Below the pieces are notes generated by a model, which had not been told where the DNA came from, ran no database searches, and was given only the letters and a program-made list of their open reading frames with translations. A stretch of 63,163 bases of DNA, counting the filler, from Octopus bimaculoides (lineage: Eukaryota), in assembly GCF_001194135.2 (NCBI RefSeq). It is 4 parts of 3 records of this genome, joined end to end, with 100 filler letters (N's around TTAATTAATTAA, not from the genome) between each part and the next. Parts side by side here need not be neighbours in the genome. Positions count along the whole stretch, not along the records: positions 28,169 to 39,114 come from NC_068991.1; positions 39,215 to 57,358 come from NC_068991.1; 2 more parts are not named here. One strand, given 5' to 3'. The position numbers and the translations under genes are program-made. Shown one piece after another: positions 37,298 through 50,980 of this stretch. Position 1 is the first letter of the stretch, and each line of letters opens with the position of its first letter.

Positions 37298-38966
37298 TCT
37301 ACACCCATGACAGCCATGATCTATGAACACTATAATTAAGAGTTGTTTACGTCACAAGAATTCAGAAACTTCGAGAGAACGTGAAATAATTCGTTTTTAA
37401 CGGTGGAACTCAAAGTGGGTAAAGCTATAAATGATAGCGTGTAAAACATAGGGTTAAAAAAGAACTATTTGGATAGAAAAAGTCGAAGGCTGTCCGTGGG
37501 ATCTAGAACATGTGGGTTCGAGTGCCACGGAAATCCTTTAGCTTTTTCTATCCAAATGATTTTTTTAAACCTTATATTTACGCGCTATTATCTACTTTGG
37601 GCTCTGCAGTTAAAAACGAATTATTTATCATTAAAAGCGTTCCACTCGTAATAATCTCCTCTATTATTCAAGCATAGTGTATCTAGGACCACTTCACCTA
37701 ATGAACCCTTCTTTTTAAAACGGTAGAGTACGTGATTTGAAGGAAATTTGATTGCTATTTCTAGCATTCTAGCGACCACATACCGGCTTCATCATTTCCT
37801 ACTGTGATTAGTTCTTCATTCTCTTATCTTCTACAAGAATCTCTGTTATTTACATTCATTTGTTGTAACTCAGTAAACGGTGATTTATACTACTTCTGTC
37901 ATTCTGTGTAGCAATGCTTCAGAATTTCCGTATTTCACTGCTAATAAGGTGCAGTTTTTCAACAAAAAAATTGTTCAAAAGTCACCGAAACTCATCCCGA
38001 ATCTTGTAAGTTAAAGATAGCATAAATATGTGGGTAAGTTCGCAAAACAGTGACGGAAAATAAACAAACTTTAGATCAGTTCAAATATTTGAACCAATAA
38101 AGGTTTTTCGCAGCAGTTTTGCGGTGGAGAAAAATTCTCGCTTTAAACAAGATTTTAGAACGCCTTAACTTACTGGCAAATAGCGCTTCAAGAATAGCAA
38201 TAGAAAAACGAAAACGAGAGAATACAGAGCGAGACGATATTCTACTTTTCTGCTCACGAGGGCAATCAATCAATCAATCAATCCATCCATCAATCATTTA
38301 ATCATTTGGAGATGTAAGAACTTCAAAATCAAACCTCGACTTATTTGTGGATATGTTTTTCACTGAAAAAAACGTTTTTTGGAGAAGACCCCCTGATACA
38401 ATCAACTCCGGTTATCTTACTTTTGCTTGTCAGTGTATTTAACTAAAGATACTCGGAGAATAACATACACGTCGTACTAGAATGCATCACTGTAATCCAT
38501 TGCCGTCTCGTGAAACGGATCTCAAGATGAAGTAATCAACTATGTATGTATGTATGTATGTATGTATGTATGTGCGTGTGTGTATGTATGTATGTATGTA
38601 TGAATCTCATTATTCGGTTTTATTTTAAGATTTCTTGCCAATAGAGAAAGAGCCGGTTTCTAACCTAGACTCAAGGCTTCTTCACAGGAATTTCAGCATC
38701 TACAACAGGGTATTATTGTATGCATGCATGCATACGTGCAGATATGTATATTTTATGAAAGTCTTCACATGTATATACTTGCATATCTAGACATGCTCAT
38801 ATATACTTAAATGATAAACTTCTGGAAAGTTTTACAGATTTTTACATTTCCAGTGATGGCTTAGATCTGTAGTCTTCGAAATGTATGTACGAATGTACGT
38901 ACGCACGCACGCACGCACACACACACACACGCACGCACGCGTGCATGTATGTATGTATGTATGCGT

Positions 38967-39114
38967 GAAGGCGCGTGGCTTAGTGGTTAGGGCATTCGGC
39001 TCGCGATTGTAAGATCGTGAGTTCAATTCCCGGCGACGCGTTGTGTCCTTGAGCAAGACACTTCATTTCACGTTGCTCCAGTCCACTCAGCTGGCAAAAA
39101 TGAGTTGTACCTGT
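38967..39114 (+). mobile_element. tRNA-derived SINE, runs into gap
   Basis: A box TGGCTTAGTGG, B box GAGTTCAATTCC, CORE-like GTCCTTGAGCAAGACACTT. Confidence 0.85.
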
Positions 39115-39158
39115 NNNNNNNNNNNNNNNNNNNNNNNNNNNNNNNNNNNNNNNNNNNN

Positions 39159-39170
39159 TTAATTAATTAA
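39159..39170. other. Assembly linker TTAATTAATTAA inside an N-gap
   Basis: As at 28113. Confidence 0.9.
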
Positions 39171-39664
39171 NNNNNNNNNNNNNNNNNNNNNNNNNNNNNN
39201 NNNNNNNNNNNNNNTTTACTGCTTCTGTTTGAATGTTTTCAAATGTTTATAACCGATTGAGAAGTGGCTAAACCGCTTGATTAGGCTCTTTTATGTAAGA
39301 GTCTGACACATTTTTTTTTGTTTGTTTGTTTGCTTAACCAAGAAACATTGGTTTTGTTTTGTTTTGTTTTGTTATTTTTATGTTTTTCATTGGAGAAAAA
39401 AGTACAGAGCCAGAACCAACCTATGAGTGAGCATCCAGACAATTTGTCGACTTGCTAAAAATAACGGCCAAATGTTCCTTAAATTATGTACATATACCGT
39501 CTAATAATAAGAGAACAGTTTAGTCGTGGCTATACAAAGAGGTCTTCTTAAACAAGGTTGGGTGGGGTTAAGCAACAACAGAAACAGAGACACGGAAAGA
39601 AACAATGATGGACAATGTCGACAAGTTACCTGGCCAGTAGCAGAGAAGTTCCCATCCGTAGTAA

Positions 39665-40195
39665 AAGATTCTCTTTGATGGCAAAGGGTCTTTTTTGTGG
39701 AAATAAATTACATTTAACAAGAAAAGGTTTTTCTTGCTAGAAAAACGTTTTCTTTTTTGAAAACGGTTTTCTTTTGTGGGAAAAGTGTCTGCTTGTTGAG
39801 AAAAAGAATCTCTTTGTAGGAAAAGGTTACTCCTGATGAGAAAAGGTGCCTCTTGTAGAAAACTGTTCGTTTTAGTTGCGAAAGATTCCCTTTCTTGATG
39901 AAAATGGTTCCTTTTTTCTGTGGGAAAAAGTTAGTTTTGTAGAAATATGTTCTTTCTAATGGGAAAAGTCTCCTTTTGGTGGAAAAAATTCTTTTGGTGG
40001 AAAGCAGGCCCTTATGGTAGGGGAAAAATTCTCTTTTATATGAAAAGATTCTCTTTTGATATAAAGTAAAAGTTCCCTTTATAGAAAAAAGATTTTTGAT
40101 AGAAAAATATTCCCAGAAGAAAAAGAAAGAGTTCCTTTCGACGACGATAGGTTCTAGTTGGTGGTAAATGTTTCCTTTTGATGCAAAAGGTTCCA
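39665..40195. repeat. Degenerate ~20-bp minisatellite (GAAAAG-N3-6-CTTTT-GTR-like units)
   Basis: Roughly 25 recurring units read by eye. Confidence 0.65.
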
Positions 40196-40724
40196 TGCGA
40201 TATAGTAACGCTCTATCAACGTGCGGAGAAAAGTGTTAGATTTATCTACAACCCATTTATTGGTTGGTAAAATGAACATAAGCACTTTCTTTAAGATTTC
40301 TTGTTGGTTCTGTAGGGAAAGAATTGGCAAACAATAAATAGAAACCGCTCTCGAGTATTAAGTGCGATGTGTGTAGATAAATAAGCATATATATGCAAAG
40401 CTGACAAAACTGTTTTGAGGAATTTTACCAGTTTTTCATGAAAGCAAATCTTCCCTCTCCACGCGAAATATGTTTATGCAGAGGAAAATCTACCGAGGAG
40501 GAGTAAGATATAGCTTCGACACCAATACCATTACAAGTATTGCTGCCAGAAGGCAAGAAGACAGAGCTATCTCTCGATGAATAACCACACGTGCTGTTGG
40601 CGATTTCTTTCCCTCCTTTGGACTTTTCCTTTTCCCCTTTTGCGATGAAGAACTAATATTAGCGTCAAGCTAATACATTTTTTGTGCACGTCCTCTTGTT
40701 GTCCGTTAATTTTTACTCGCTTAA

Positions 40725-40958
40725 AGGCGGCGAGCTGGCAGAGACGTTAGCACGCCGGGCGAAATGCTTATCGATATTTTGTCTGCCGTTACGTTCTGAG
40801 TTCAAATTCCGCCAAGGTCGACTTTGTTTTTCATCCTTTCATGGGTCGATAAATTAAGTGCCAGTTACGCAATGGGGTCGATGCAATCGACTTAATCCCT
40901 TTGTCTGTCCTTGTTTGTCCCCTCTATGTTTAAGCCCCTTGTGGGCAATAAAGAAATA
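40725..40958 (+). mobile_element. SINE (GGCGAGCTGGCAGAA family), low divergence
   Basis: AAGGCGGCGAGCTGGCAGAGACGTTAGCACGCCGGGCGAAATGC.. Confidence 0.9.
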
Positions 40959-41214
40959 ANNNNNNNNNNNNNNNNNNNNNNNNNNNNNNNNNNNNNNNNN
41001 NNNNNNNNNNNNNNNNNNNNNNNNNNNNNNNNNNNNNNNNNNNNNNNNNNNNNNNNNNNNNNNNNNNNNNNNNNNNNNNNNNNNNNNNNNNNNNNNNNNN
41101 NNNNNNNNNNNNNNNNNNNNNNNNNNNNNNNNNNNNNNNNNNNNNNNNNNNNNNNNNNNNNNNNNNNNNNNNNNNNNNNNNNNNNNNNNNNNNNNNNNNN
41201 NNNNNNNNNNNNNN

Positions 41215-41435
41215 NATATATATATATATATATATGTATGTGTGTATGTGTTTGTATGTCTGTGTTTGTCCCCCCAGCATCGCTTGACAACCGATGCTGG
41301 TGTGTTTATGTCCCCGTAACTTAGCGGTTCGGCAAAAGAGACCGATGGAATAAGTACTGGGCTTCCAAAGAATAAGTCCCGGCGGTGCTCCAGCATGGCC
41401 ACAGTCAAAAGACTGAAACAAGTAAAAGAAAAAGA
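41215..41435 (+). mobile_element. CORE-type SINE, 3' half
   Basis: Near-identical to 19100-19322, with an internal deletion. Confidence 0.85.
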
Positions 41436-41473
<38 letters not shown>

Positions 41474-41564
41474 ATGTATGTATATATATATGCATATATA
41501 CATACGTATATGTACATACATCTATACGTATATATATATATGTGTGTGAGTGTATATATGTGGG

Positions 41565-41955
41565 CACAAGACGTCGTAAGACGCAAAAGGAAAACAAGAC
41601 AAACAATATAAAGAACAACCCTTCATCAATTGTTGGCTATTTTTCTACTCTCGTATTTCAAGCACTTAACAATAATATACTCTTTCAATAAAACAGTTGC
41701 TCCAGCAAAGCAAATTAAGTAAAATTTGGGATTTTTGCGAAGGGTCAAGGGTCAAAACTGGTAACACAAACAGGACAGTGAAAACAAACAGGAAGGGCTG
41801 CTGAACCTAAATGAGATTGTGGTAGCAATCGCGTAAATCACGCTTGGATAGGAGACAGAAGAACACGTCTTCCTTGTTCCAGCGACAATGGAGAGAAAGA
41901 AAAAGAACACAAGCATGAAGAAGAAAGAAAGATGGCCGATGGTCACGTGAGAGCC
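41565..41955 (-). repeat. Interspersed repeat, sister of 2160-2615
   Basis: See 2160-2615; lies between TA tracts. Confidence 0.6.
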
Positions 41956-42351
41956 ACTTGAGCAAGTATATATATATATATATATANNNNNNNNNNNNNN
42001 NNNNNNNNNNNNNNNNNNNNNNNNNNNNNNNNNNNNNNNNNNNNNNNNNNNNNNNNNNNNNNNNNNNNNNNNNNNNNNNNNNNNNNNNNNNNNNNNNNNN
42101 NNNNNNNNNNNNNNNNNNNNNNNNNNNNNNNNNNNNNNNNNNNNNNNNNNNNNNNNNNNNNNNNNNNNNNNNNNNNNNNNNNNNNNNNNNNNNNNNNNNN
42201 NNNNNNNNNNNNNNNNNNNNNNNNNNNNNNNNNNNNNNNNNNNNNNNNNNNNNNNNNNNNNNNNNNNNNNNNNNNNNNNNNNNNNNNNNNNNNNNNNNNN
42301 NNNNNNNNNNNNNNNNNNNNNNNNNNNNNNNNNNNNNNNNNNNNNNNNNNN

Positions 42352-42384
<33 letters not shown>

Positions 42385-42390
<6 letters not shown>

Positions 42391-42540
42391 CGACCAGCTT
42401 CTTTCAGTTTCCATCTACCAAATCCACTCACAAGGTTTTGGTCAGCCCGAGGGTATAGAAGAAGTCATCTGCTCAAGGTGACACGCCGTGGGACTGAACC
42501 CGGAACCATGTGGTTGGGAAGCAAGCTTCTTACCACCTAT
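42385..42540 (-). mobile_element. CORE-type SINE head
   Basis: Reverse complement of the 18960 family head. Confidence 0.8.
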
Positions 42541-42610
42541 ATAAATACTAGTCTACTTATCTGTCTATCTTCCTGTCTGTCAGTCTATTCATCCATCCAT
42601 CCATTCATTC

Positions 42611-42652
<42 letters not shown>

Positions 42653-43019
42653 CTCTGTCTGTCTGTGTATCTCTGTATGTCTGTCTGTCTGTCTGTTTAG
42701 CTATCTATCTAACTAAAATCCTTTCTTTCTCTTTTTCTTCTCTGCTTCCTTCCGATCCATTCATTTTTTTCTTTTGTTTTGCTATCCTTCTTTCATCCTT
42801 TACTTCGTCCGTTCTCTATTTGGTTGCATTACCTTTCCCCCTCCTATTATTCCTCTTCTGTTACAGCCCACTCCCCCCTCTCATTCTCTCATTCACTTCA
42901 CCAAACTTTGGTTCTCATCGTCACCATTCCCTATACTCTTCTGAAATCAAGGTACCAGCTTACCATTATTTGCTATTTGCTGTTCGCAGCAGTCGAGACA
43001 ATTCGGTTCTTTTATTGTT

Positions 43020-43038
43020 CTTGCAGTTGTTACTAGAA

Positions 43039-43104
<66 letters not shown>

Positions 43105-43329
43105 TGGTGGTGATGGTTGCGGTTATGGTAGCTGTGGTGCTGGTAACTGCAGTTTGTAGAGGTAATGCTTGTGGTTCATAGTTAACGGTCATGTTGATAC
43201 AGGTGCGGTGGCGTGGTCGGGATGTTGTTGTTGTTGTTGGTGGTGGTGGTGGAGGTAGTAGTGGGAATTGTATAGATTGTAGTATTGATAGTGTTCGTGG
43301 TGGTGGTGGTGGTGGTGGTGGCGGTGGTG
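43020..43329. repeat. (TAG)n/(TGG)n microsatellite block
   Basis: Direct reading. Confidence 0.9.
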
Positions 43330-44185
43330 NNNNNNNNNNNNNNNNNNNNNNNNNNNNNNNNNNNNNNNNNNNNNNNNNNNNNNNNNNNNNNNNNNNNNNN
43401 NNNNNNNNNNNNNNNNNNNNNNNNNNNNNNNNNNNNNNNNNNNNNNNNNNNNNNNNNNNNNNNNNNNNNNNNNNNNNNNNNNNNNNNNNNNNNNNNNNNN
43501 NNNNNNNNNNNNNNNNNNNNNNNNNNNNNNNNNNNNNNNNNNNNNNNNNNNNNNNNNNNNNNNNNNNNNNNNNNNNNNNNNNNNNNNNNNNNNNNNNNNN
43601 NNNNNNNNNNNNNNNNNNNNNNNNNNNNNNNNNNNNNNNNNNNNNNNNNNNNNNNNNNNNNNNNNNNNNNNNNNNNNNNNNNNNNNNNNNNNNNNNNNNN
43701 NNNNNNNNNNNNNNNNNNNNNNNNNNNNNNNNNNNNNNNNNNNNNNNNNNNNNNNNNNNNNNNNNNNNNNNNNNNNNNNNNNNNNNNNNNNNNNNNNNNN
43801 NNNNNNNNNNNNNNNNNNNNNNNNNNNNNNNNNNNNNNNNNNNNNNNNNNNNNNNNNNNNNNNNNNNNNNNNNNNNNNNNNNNNNNNNNNNNNNNNNNNN
43901 NNNNNNNNNNNNNNNNNNNNNNNNNNNNNNNNNNNNNNNNNNNNNNNNNNNNNNNNNNNNNNNNNNNNNNNNNNNNNNNNNNNNNNNNNNNNNNNNNNNN
44001 NNNNNNNNNNNNNNNNNNNNNNNNNNNNNNNNNNNNNNNNNNNNNNNNNNNNNNNNNNNNNNNNNNNNNNNNNNNNNNNNNNNNNNNNNNNNNNNNNNNN
44101 NNNNNNNNNNNNNNNNNNNNNNNNNNNNNNNNNNNNNNNNNNNNNNNNNNNTACTTCCGCTTATTGATTTGCACAACAACAACAA

Positions 44186-44262
<77 letters not shown>

Positions 44263-45804
44263 TTCCTTTGCTTCAGTAGTAACAACAAAAAATTATGTAA
44301 AATATTGTAATGCGGTAAGGAGTATAGGGAAGAACATCTCCCCCACCCCACCCGCTACCCACAAAAAATTTACCCGAAGCAGCAAACGAAAATGGATTAA
44401 ATAATAATGATAATAATAATGATGATGATGATGATGATGATGATAATTAAAAGGACACATACATGCATAAACACATACATCACACGCAACTCACACCAAA
44501 AAAGAAACAACGGTTGCTTTCGTTTCTATTTTCCAATTTTAACAATTCAAATGTTGTTGTTATTGGTGTTGTTGGTGTTCTTGTTGTTGTTCTTGTTGTT
44601 GTTCTTATTCTCCACTTTATAAATATATGTCAGCTGTTGTGGTGGTGGCGGTGGCGGTGGCGGCGGTGGTGGTGATGAAGGTGATGCAGACAGACAGACT
44701 GACGAAATATATTATGAGTGATTGNNNNNNNNNNNNNNNNNNNNNNNNNNNNNNNNNNNNNNNNNNNNNNNNNNNNNNNNNNNNNNNNNNNNNNNNNNNN
44801 NNNNNNNNNNNNNNNNNNNNNNNNNNNNNNNNNNNNNNNNNNNNNNNNNNNNNNNNNNNNNNNNNNNNNNNNNNNNNNNNNNNNNNNNNNNNNNNNNNNN
44901 NNNNNNNNNNNNNNNNNNNNNNNNNNNNNNNNNNNNNNNNNNNNNNNNNNNNNNNNNNNNNNNNNNNNNNNNNNNNNNNNNNNNNNNNNNNNNNNNNNNN
45001 NNNNNNNNNNNNNNNNNNNNNNNNNNNNNNNNNNNNNNNNNNNNNNNNNNNNNNNNNNNNNNNNNNNNNNNNNNNNNNNNNNNNNNNNNNNNNNNNNNNN
45101 NNNNNNNNNNNNNNNNNNNNNNNNNNNNNNNNNNNNNNNNNNNNNNNNNNNNNNNNNNNNNNNNNNNNNNNNNNNNNNNNNNNNNNNNNNNNNNNNNNNN
45201 NNNNNNNNNNNNNNNNNNNNNNNNNNNNNNNNNNNNNNNNNNNNNNNNNNNNNNNNNNNNNNNNNNNNNNNNNNNNNNNNNNNNNNNNNNNNNNNNNNNN
45301 NNNNNNNNNNNNNNNNNNNNNNNNNNNNNNNNNNNNNNNNNNNNNNNNNNNNNNNNNNNNNNNNNNNNNNNNNNNNNNNNNNNNNNNNNNNNNNNNNNNN
45401 NNNNNNNNNNNNNNNNNNNNNNNNNNNNNNNNNNNNNNNNNNNNNNNNNNNNNNNNNNNNNNNNNNNNNNNNNNNNNNNNNNNNNNNNNNNNNNNNNNNN
45501 NNNNNNNNNNNNNNNNNNNNNNNNNNNNNNNNNNNNNNNNNNNNNNNNNNNNNNNNNNNNNNNNNNNNNNNNNNNNNNNNNNNNNNNNNNNNNNNNNNNN
45601 NNNNNNNNNNNNNNNNNNNNNNNNNNNNNNNNNNNNNNNNNNNNNNNNNNNNNNNNNNNNNNNNNNNNNNNNNNNNNNNNNNNNNNNNNNNNNNNNNNNN
45701 NNNNNNNNNNNNNCCTTTTACTTTTTCTTTCTTATTTCCTTTTCCCTCTTTTACCCTAATGGTAGTAATCATGGTACTGAATATGGTAGTAGTAGTAGTA
45801 GTAA

Positions 45805-45873
<69 letters not shown>

Positions 45874-46020
45874 AGGAAGAATACTCCCGCAATGAGTACG
45901 CGATGTGTGTACCTTGTTTAATTTTCTAGTGTGTGAATGTATACATCTACATGTCTATATCTACGTTTCTATCCTTATCAATCTATCCACCATTTCCTCC
46001 CCTACCACTCTCTCTATCTC

Positions 46021-46054
<34 letters not shown>

Positions 46055-46058
<4 letters not shown>

Positions 46059-46375
46059 TCAGTGGTTAGAGCGTCGAGCTTACGATCGTGAGATTGTGAA
46101 TTCGAATCCCAGACCGGGCTGCGTGTTGCGTTCTTGAGCAAGACACTTTATTTCACGTTGCTCCAGTTCACTCAGCTGTAGAAATGAGTTGCGACGTCAC
46201 AGGTGCCAAGCTGTATCGGCCTTTGCCTTTCCCTTGCATAACATCAGTGGTGTGGATAGAGGAGGCTGATATGCATGGGCGACTGGTGGTCTTCCATAAA
46301 CAACCTTGCTCGGACTTGTGCCTGGGAAGGTAACTTTCTAGGTGAAATCCCATATCAGTGGTCAGCATATTAAAA
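46055..46375 (+). mobile_element. tRNA-derived SINE
   Basis: A box TGGCTCAGTGG, B-box-like AATTCGAATCCC, CORE-like TTCTTGAGCAAGACACTTT. Confidence 0.85.
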
Positions 46376-46579
46376 ACAGAAAACCGCCCAGCGGGTGATA
46401 TTTCTGATTGTAATCAGGAATGAATTAACTGCTAAGGGTTTCAGCGTCATATTAAACTACACATTATACATACTAAATATATTGTATATATGAGCGACAA
46501 AGGTGGTAGTAGTTTTCTTTTGTTTTCTTGTCCTTATTTAAAAGTTTTATATATATCAGTTGTGACATCAGAGTGACAC

Positions 46580-47030
46580 TAGCGTACAAATATACGAAGT
46601 CCAATATTCCTATAATAACCACGCCTGATGAGGGTGCACCAGGTACACCTATGTGTGGGTGACATAATGACCTCATATCGAGATAAACAACGCATGATCT
46701 AGTAGATGGGACCCAGTTAGAATTTTCTTCAGGTCGAGTAGCCAGCCCCACTCAAAAGGTCTGTGAAAAAGGGTTGTTAAATGATGATGAACGAAACACA
46801 CATGCTTCCGAAGGTGAAATATTCAAACCCCACAAAATTCCTTTCAACACATGACCATGATGTTCCCCACCCACTACTTTTACTCATGATCAGAGTTGCA
46901 CATATCAACTGGTTAAGGTCAAGCAACTGTGGTACTGAGCAGAATATTTGCTGTAGCTAATCTTCACACTAAGACAAAATCATGCACATGATAACACTTC
47001 CAGTCAGTTAAGATTAGAAGTCATGGTATT
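46580..47030. repeat. Unclassified interspersed repeat; its 5' part is related to 48510-48645
   Basis: Shared ATATACGAA..CTGAT.AGGGT.CACCAG..CAC..CATATC.AGATAAAC. Confidence 0.5.
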
Positions 47031-48000
47031 GGTTCAGGGCAATTATTATTATTTCCCATGCTTTGGGGATAGCATAGTAATCCGGGAATTCTGTGTGGGA
47101 TTTACTCCGGATCAGCCTCAGTTGACTGCCTCGCTATTTAGGATTGGTTTTGTTTGTTTATTTATCATTTATTTCTCTACTTTCTATTATATATCCTCTG
47201 TTATAATCCTTCAATGAGGTAGTATCTCCCCTTGATCAATGTTAACACTATATGGTGTTGTTGTACTTAACGTCCCTTCTATCTTTTTATTCAAGCGTAG
47301 GTGTATCTAGAAATATATTTATCGACCCGCGAAGTACAAAATACCAAGCAGTAATGTTTATCCCCACTTAAACGTGGATGTCCTGTTAGAACATACTATA
47401 CTGCAGTAGTTACTATGAGAGAAACTCTCACATTGCTTTTTGGTACAAAATCCACTCCTGTTTATATCTGCCGCACCGAGGCCACCAGGTCACGTGATTT
47501 CGACCTTTCTTCGTCTTATCAATGGTGGATGCTCGGCCACTAGAAATAGCAGCGTTTCATCTCTCCGCCAACGATATATAGAAAAATGCAGTACCAAAAC
47601 AGGCTCTGGTGTTGTGATTAGCTAGTGAGCTTGGAAGAAACAAGCTTTGGAACAAAGGAGAAGCAAACCACCAACGAAATATTGGTGCCGGTTGGTGTAT
47701 ATAATGTTTTGAACTAAATAAAACTGTCGATGAATAAGGGAATATCTAAGTAGAAATTATTTCATTGTGCATGAATCCGCCATTTTCCAATAGTTACAGG
47801 AAGACCAGATTAAAATGTCCAGTTCCTATTATAAATCATGGCAAATTTGAAATATTATATCTATAAGGAGATAAACGTTAGTTCCAGTACATTAGTTTCA
47901 TGTCATCATGGCGTAGGTTTCATCTAGGACCGTGATCACGTGGCAGTTTTGTTTACATGTATTCAGCGATAAGGACTGCAATTTATAAATGTGTGCGTTC

Positions 48001-48047
<47 letters not shown>

Positions 48048-48196
48048 TTGTGTGTGTGTATGTATGTGTGTATGTGTTGAAGAGCAATTGTGCAGAGCGT
48101 GTTTTAATGTGTAATGTCATAACAGCAAGTGATCTCCTGCTATGGTGTTCTTGATATAGCCTTTCTCGTAATTGTTGTTGCAGTTGTTGTTGTTGC

Positions 48197-48246
<50 letters not shown>

Positions 48247-48247
<1 letters not shown>

Positions 48248-48428
48248 GACAGTGAGCTGGCAAAATTGTTCGCACCCCGGACAAAATACTTAGCGTTATT
48301 TCATCTGGCTTTACGTTCTGAGTTCAAATACAACCAACAAAATAAGTGCCATTCGAGCACCTGGGGCTGGTTCAATCGACTAGACAACCGCCCACAAAAT
48401 GTCAGGCCTTGTGCATAAGGTAGATAGG

Positions 48429-48430
<2 letters not shown>
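48247..48430 (+). mobile_element. SINE (GGCGAGCTGGCAGAA family) between (ATT)n tracts
   Basis: Family motifs; (ATT)n on both sides. Confidence 0.75.
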
Positions 48431-48488
<58 letters not shown>

Positions 48489-48652
48489 GAGTAAGAGTGC
48501 TGTGCTGGCCATCAAAGTGACACGGGGGTAAAATATACGAAACCTGTTATACCCATCATGATTACTCGTCTGATAAAGGTACACCAGACACATGCATCAC
48601 AACCATATATGCGCGACATGGTGATCTTATATCAAGATAAACATCCTTTACA

Positions 48653-48681
48653 ATGATGATGATGATAATAATAATAATAAC

Positions 48682-48728
<47 letters not shown>

Positions 48729-48790
48729 TAATAATAATGATAATAATGATAATAATAATAATAATAATGATAATAATAATGATCATAATA

Positions 48791-48828
<38 letters not shown>

Positions 48829-48843
48829 TATCATTATTATTAA

Positions 48844-48921
<78 letters not shown>

Positions 48922-48978
48922 CTTTATTATTATCATCATCATCATCATCATCATCATCGTTATCATTATTATTATTTC
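48653..48978. repeat. (AAT)n directly followed by (ATT)n
   Basis: Direct reading; strand switch near 48828. Confidence 0.95.
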
Positions 48979-48979
48979 T

Positions 48980-50190
48980 ATCTCAGGTTTTGTTGGAACT
49001 CCTGGCATCTTGCATGCGTAACGGACTTGCTGCCTACAGCCTACGGTACCATGATGAATGTTCTTTTCAACTATCTAATACTCCCCTGATTATTCTGGCA
49101 ATACCAAAGAATCAAACCTTTTGAAACAGTTCTGCTGGGCACTCTATTCCGATTTCCTTTATACTCCTCTTGATGCCTTCTGATATTGCCCACCAAGGAC
49201 CCAACAATAATTGACACTATCTTCCCCTTCATTTTCTGTAGCCTGGCTATTTTACACTTAAGAGGGTTGTATTTATCTGGGGGATTTTATTCGCCTTCTT
49301 TCTTGGCTATTCGTGGGCCAAAGGAGAACGCAGCATCAACTGTATAGTACATGTGGTGCATCGTGTCGACCACCACTAGGTCCGGTCTGTTATGATCTAG
49401 CACCTGATCTATTTGGATTGGTAAATCGCAGAGGATTTTGCTTGTTTCCGACTCTGCCACACTCTAGGTTTGTGCTCATTCCACATCTTGCTTCTCTCTA
49501 GCCCCCACTTTTCGCCCAGGTTATAATGTAGCACTTTTGCTACCTTATCGTGTCGCAACAAATTGTAGAGGTTTGAGGCAAGTCTAGGGCATTCGTTCGT
49601 GATATGGGCAATGGTTTCGTCCACTCTATTACAAATAGCACAGCGGAGACAATTGTTCATTCCTAAGGTTGACCCTCCAGTTCGTGGCCAAAGCTTGGTC
49701 TTGCGTTGTCAGTATAGTGTTCTCATTCTCTTTTTTCAGTGTCCCTTTCTTTAGCCAATCGCATCTATGTTTTCCAGCAACTTCAGTTGTGGCTACATGG
49801 AATTGATTGCGTAGTCCCTTGATGCGTAATGCTTCTTCATTTCCGTTTTCTTCACTTCTTCCCTTGTTTTACCTTCTTTTTCTCTGCTTTCATTACTCTC
49901 TCGTTCCTAACTGACACTAGCAACGTTTCCTTACTTTAGGTCAGGTATCTCATTAATCTCTCGAGTTCGATACGTACGCAGTCTTCCACACTTATCAGTT
50001 CCCTTCCTCCATTTGCTCTTTTCATGTATAGGCGATCGGTGTTTGCACATGAATGAAGGGCTCCATGCATCGTTAGCCGCTTTCTTGTCTTTCTGTCCAA
50101 CTCCTTTAGCTCTTCTTCTGTCCACTTCAGGATTCTAGCACCATACCCAACTACTGCGACTGCACGCGAGTTTATAGCCGAAATTATATT
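48980..50190 (-). pseudogene. R4/Dong-clade LINE 3' portion (post-RT region, CCHC finger, RLE endonuclease)
   Basis: LNARNIISAINSRAVAVVGYGA..KELDRKTRK; CAICNRVDETIAHITNEC..RHDKVAK; NRPDLV; IIVG. Confidence 0.85.
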
Positions 50191-50203
50191 TCTGGCATTC
50201 AGC

Positions 50204-50249
<46 letters not shown>

Positions 50250-50284
50250 CATCAAGATCATGATTATTATTATTATTATTATTG

Positions 50285-50830
50285 TTCAGTAGTTTTATTT
50301 TTATAACGTGCTTTCACTTCACTACCGAGCGCAGCTCTGTGCGCCTTGGGTATGTGCTGTGGTTTGCTGTGGTGCTCTTATGTTTACTGTATTGAAAGTG
50401 TTTTGCGTAGAATGTGTGCAGTACCCAGTAGTGCAATTTTCAGTTTGTTATATATATTTGTAATTCCTGGTGTTTTTGTTATGTATTTGTCTGAATATTT
50501 TTTTATTATACCTAAGGCACCTACTATGATAGGAATTGTTTCTGTTTTTAGATTCCACATTCGAGTTATCTCTATNNNNNNNNNNNNNNNNNNNNNNNNN
50601 NNNNNNNNNNNNNNNNNNNNNNNNNNNNNNNCCATTTCTTTTAGAGAAACGTTGTCATCTGCTGGTATTGATACATCAATTAGAAAGCATTTTTTTTTCT
50701 TCATGATCTTTGACAACTATATCTGGTCTATTTGCCTTAATTTCTCTATCTGTGTGTATTGGCATATCCCAGAGTATGGTTGCTTTCTCGTTTTCTGTGA
50801 CCTTTTCTGGCGTGTGTTTATACCATCTTT
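50285..50830 (-). pseudogene. Second R4/Dong-clade LINE 3' end (RLE domain)
   Basis: TILWDMPIHTDREIKANRPDIVVK..CFLIDVSIP..IPIIVGALG..ALLGTAHILRKTLS. Confidence 0.9.
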
Positions 50831-50831
50831 T

Positions 50832-50980
<149 letters not shown>

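Noticed and set aside
38076-38301. AAVLRW motif resembling a BACK domain
   Set aside because: Upstream in-frame stop, no further consensus and no clear splice sites
40493-40530. CCGAGGA-GGAG..CTTC-GACAC hammerhead-like remnant
   Set aside because: Two core changes and no stem I or cleavage triplet; too decayed to support
46620-46660. CTGATGA followed by a GGTG/CACC hairpin
   Set aside because: No GAAA follows, and the related copy at 48570 has CTGATAA; part of an ordinary repeat
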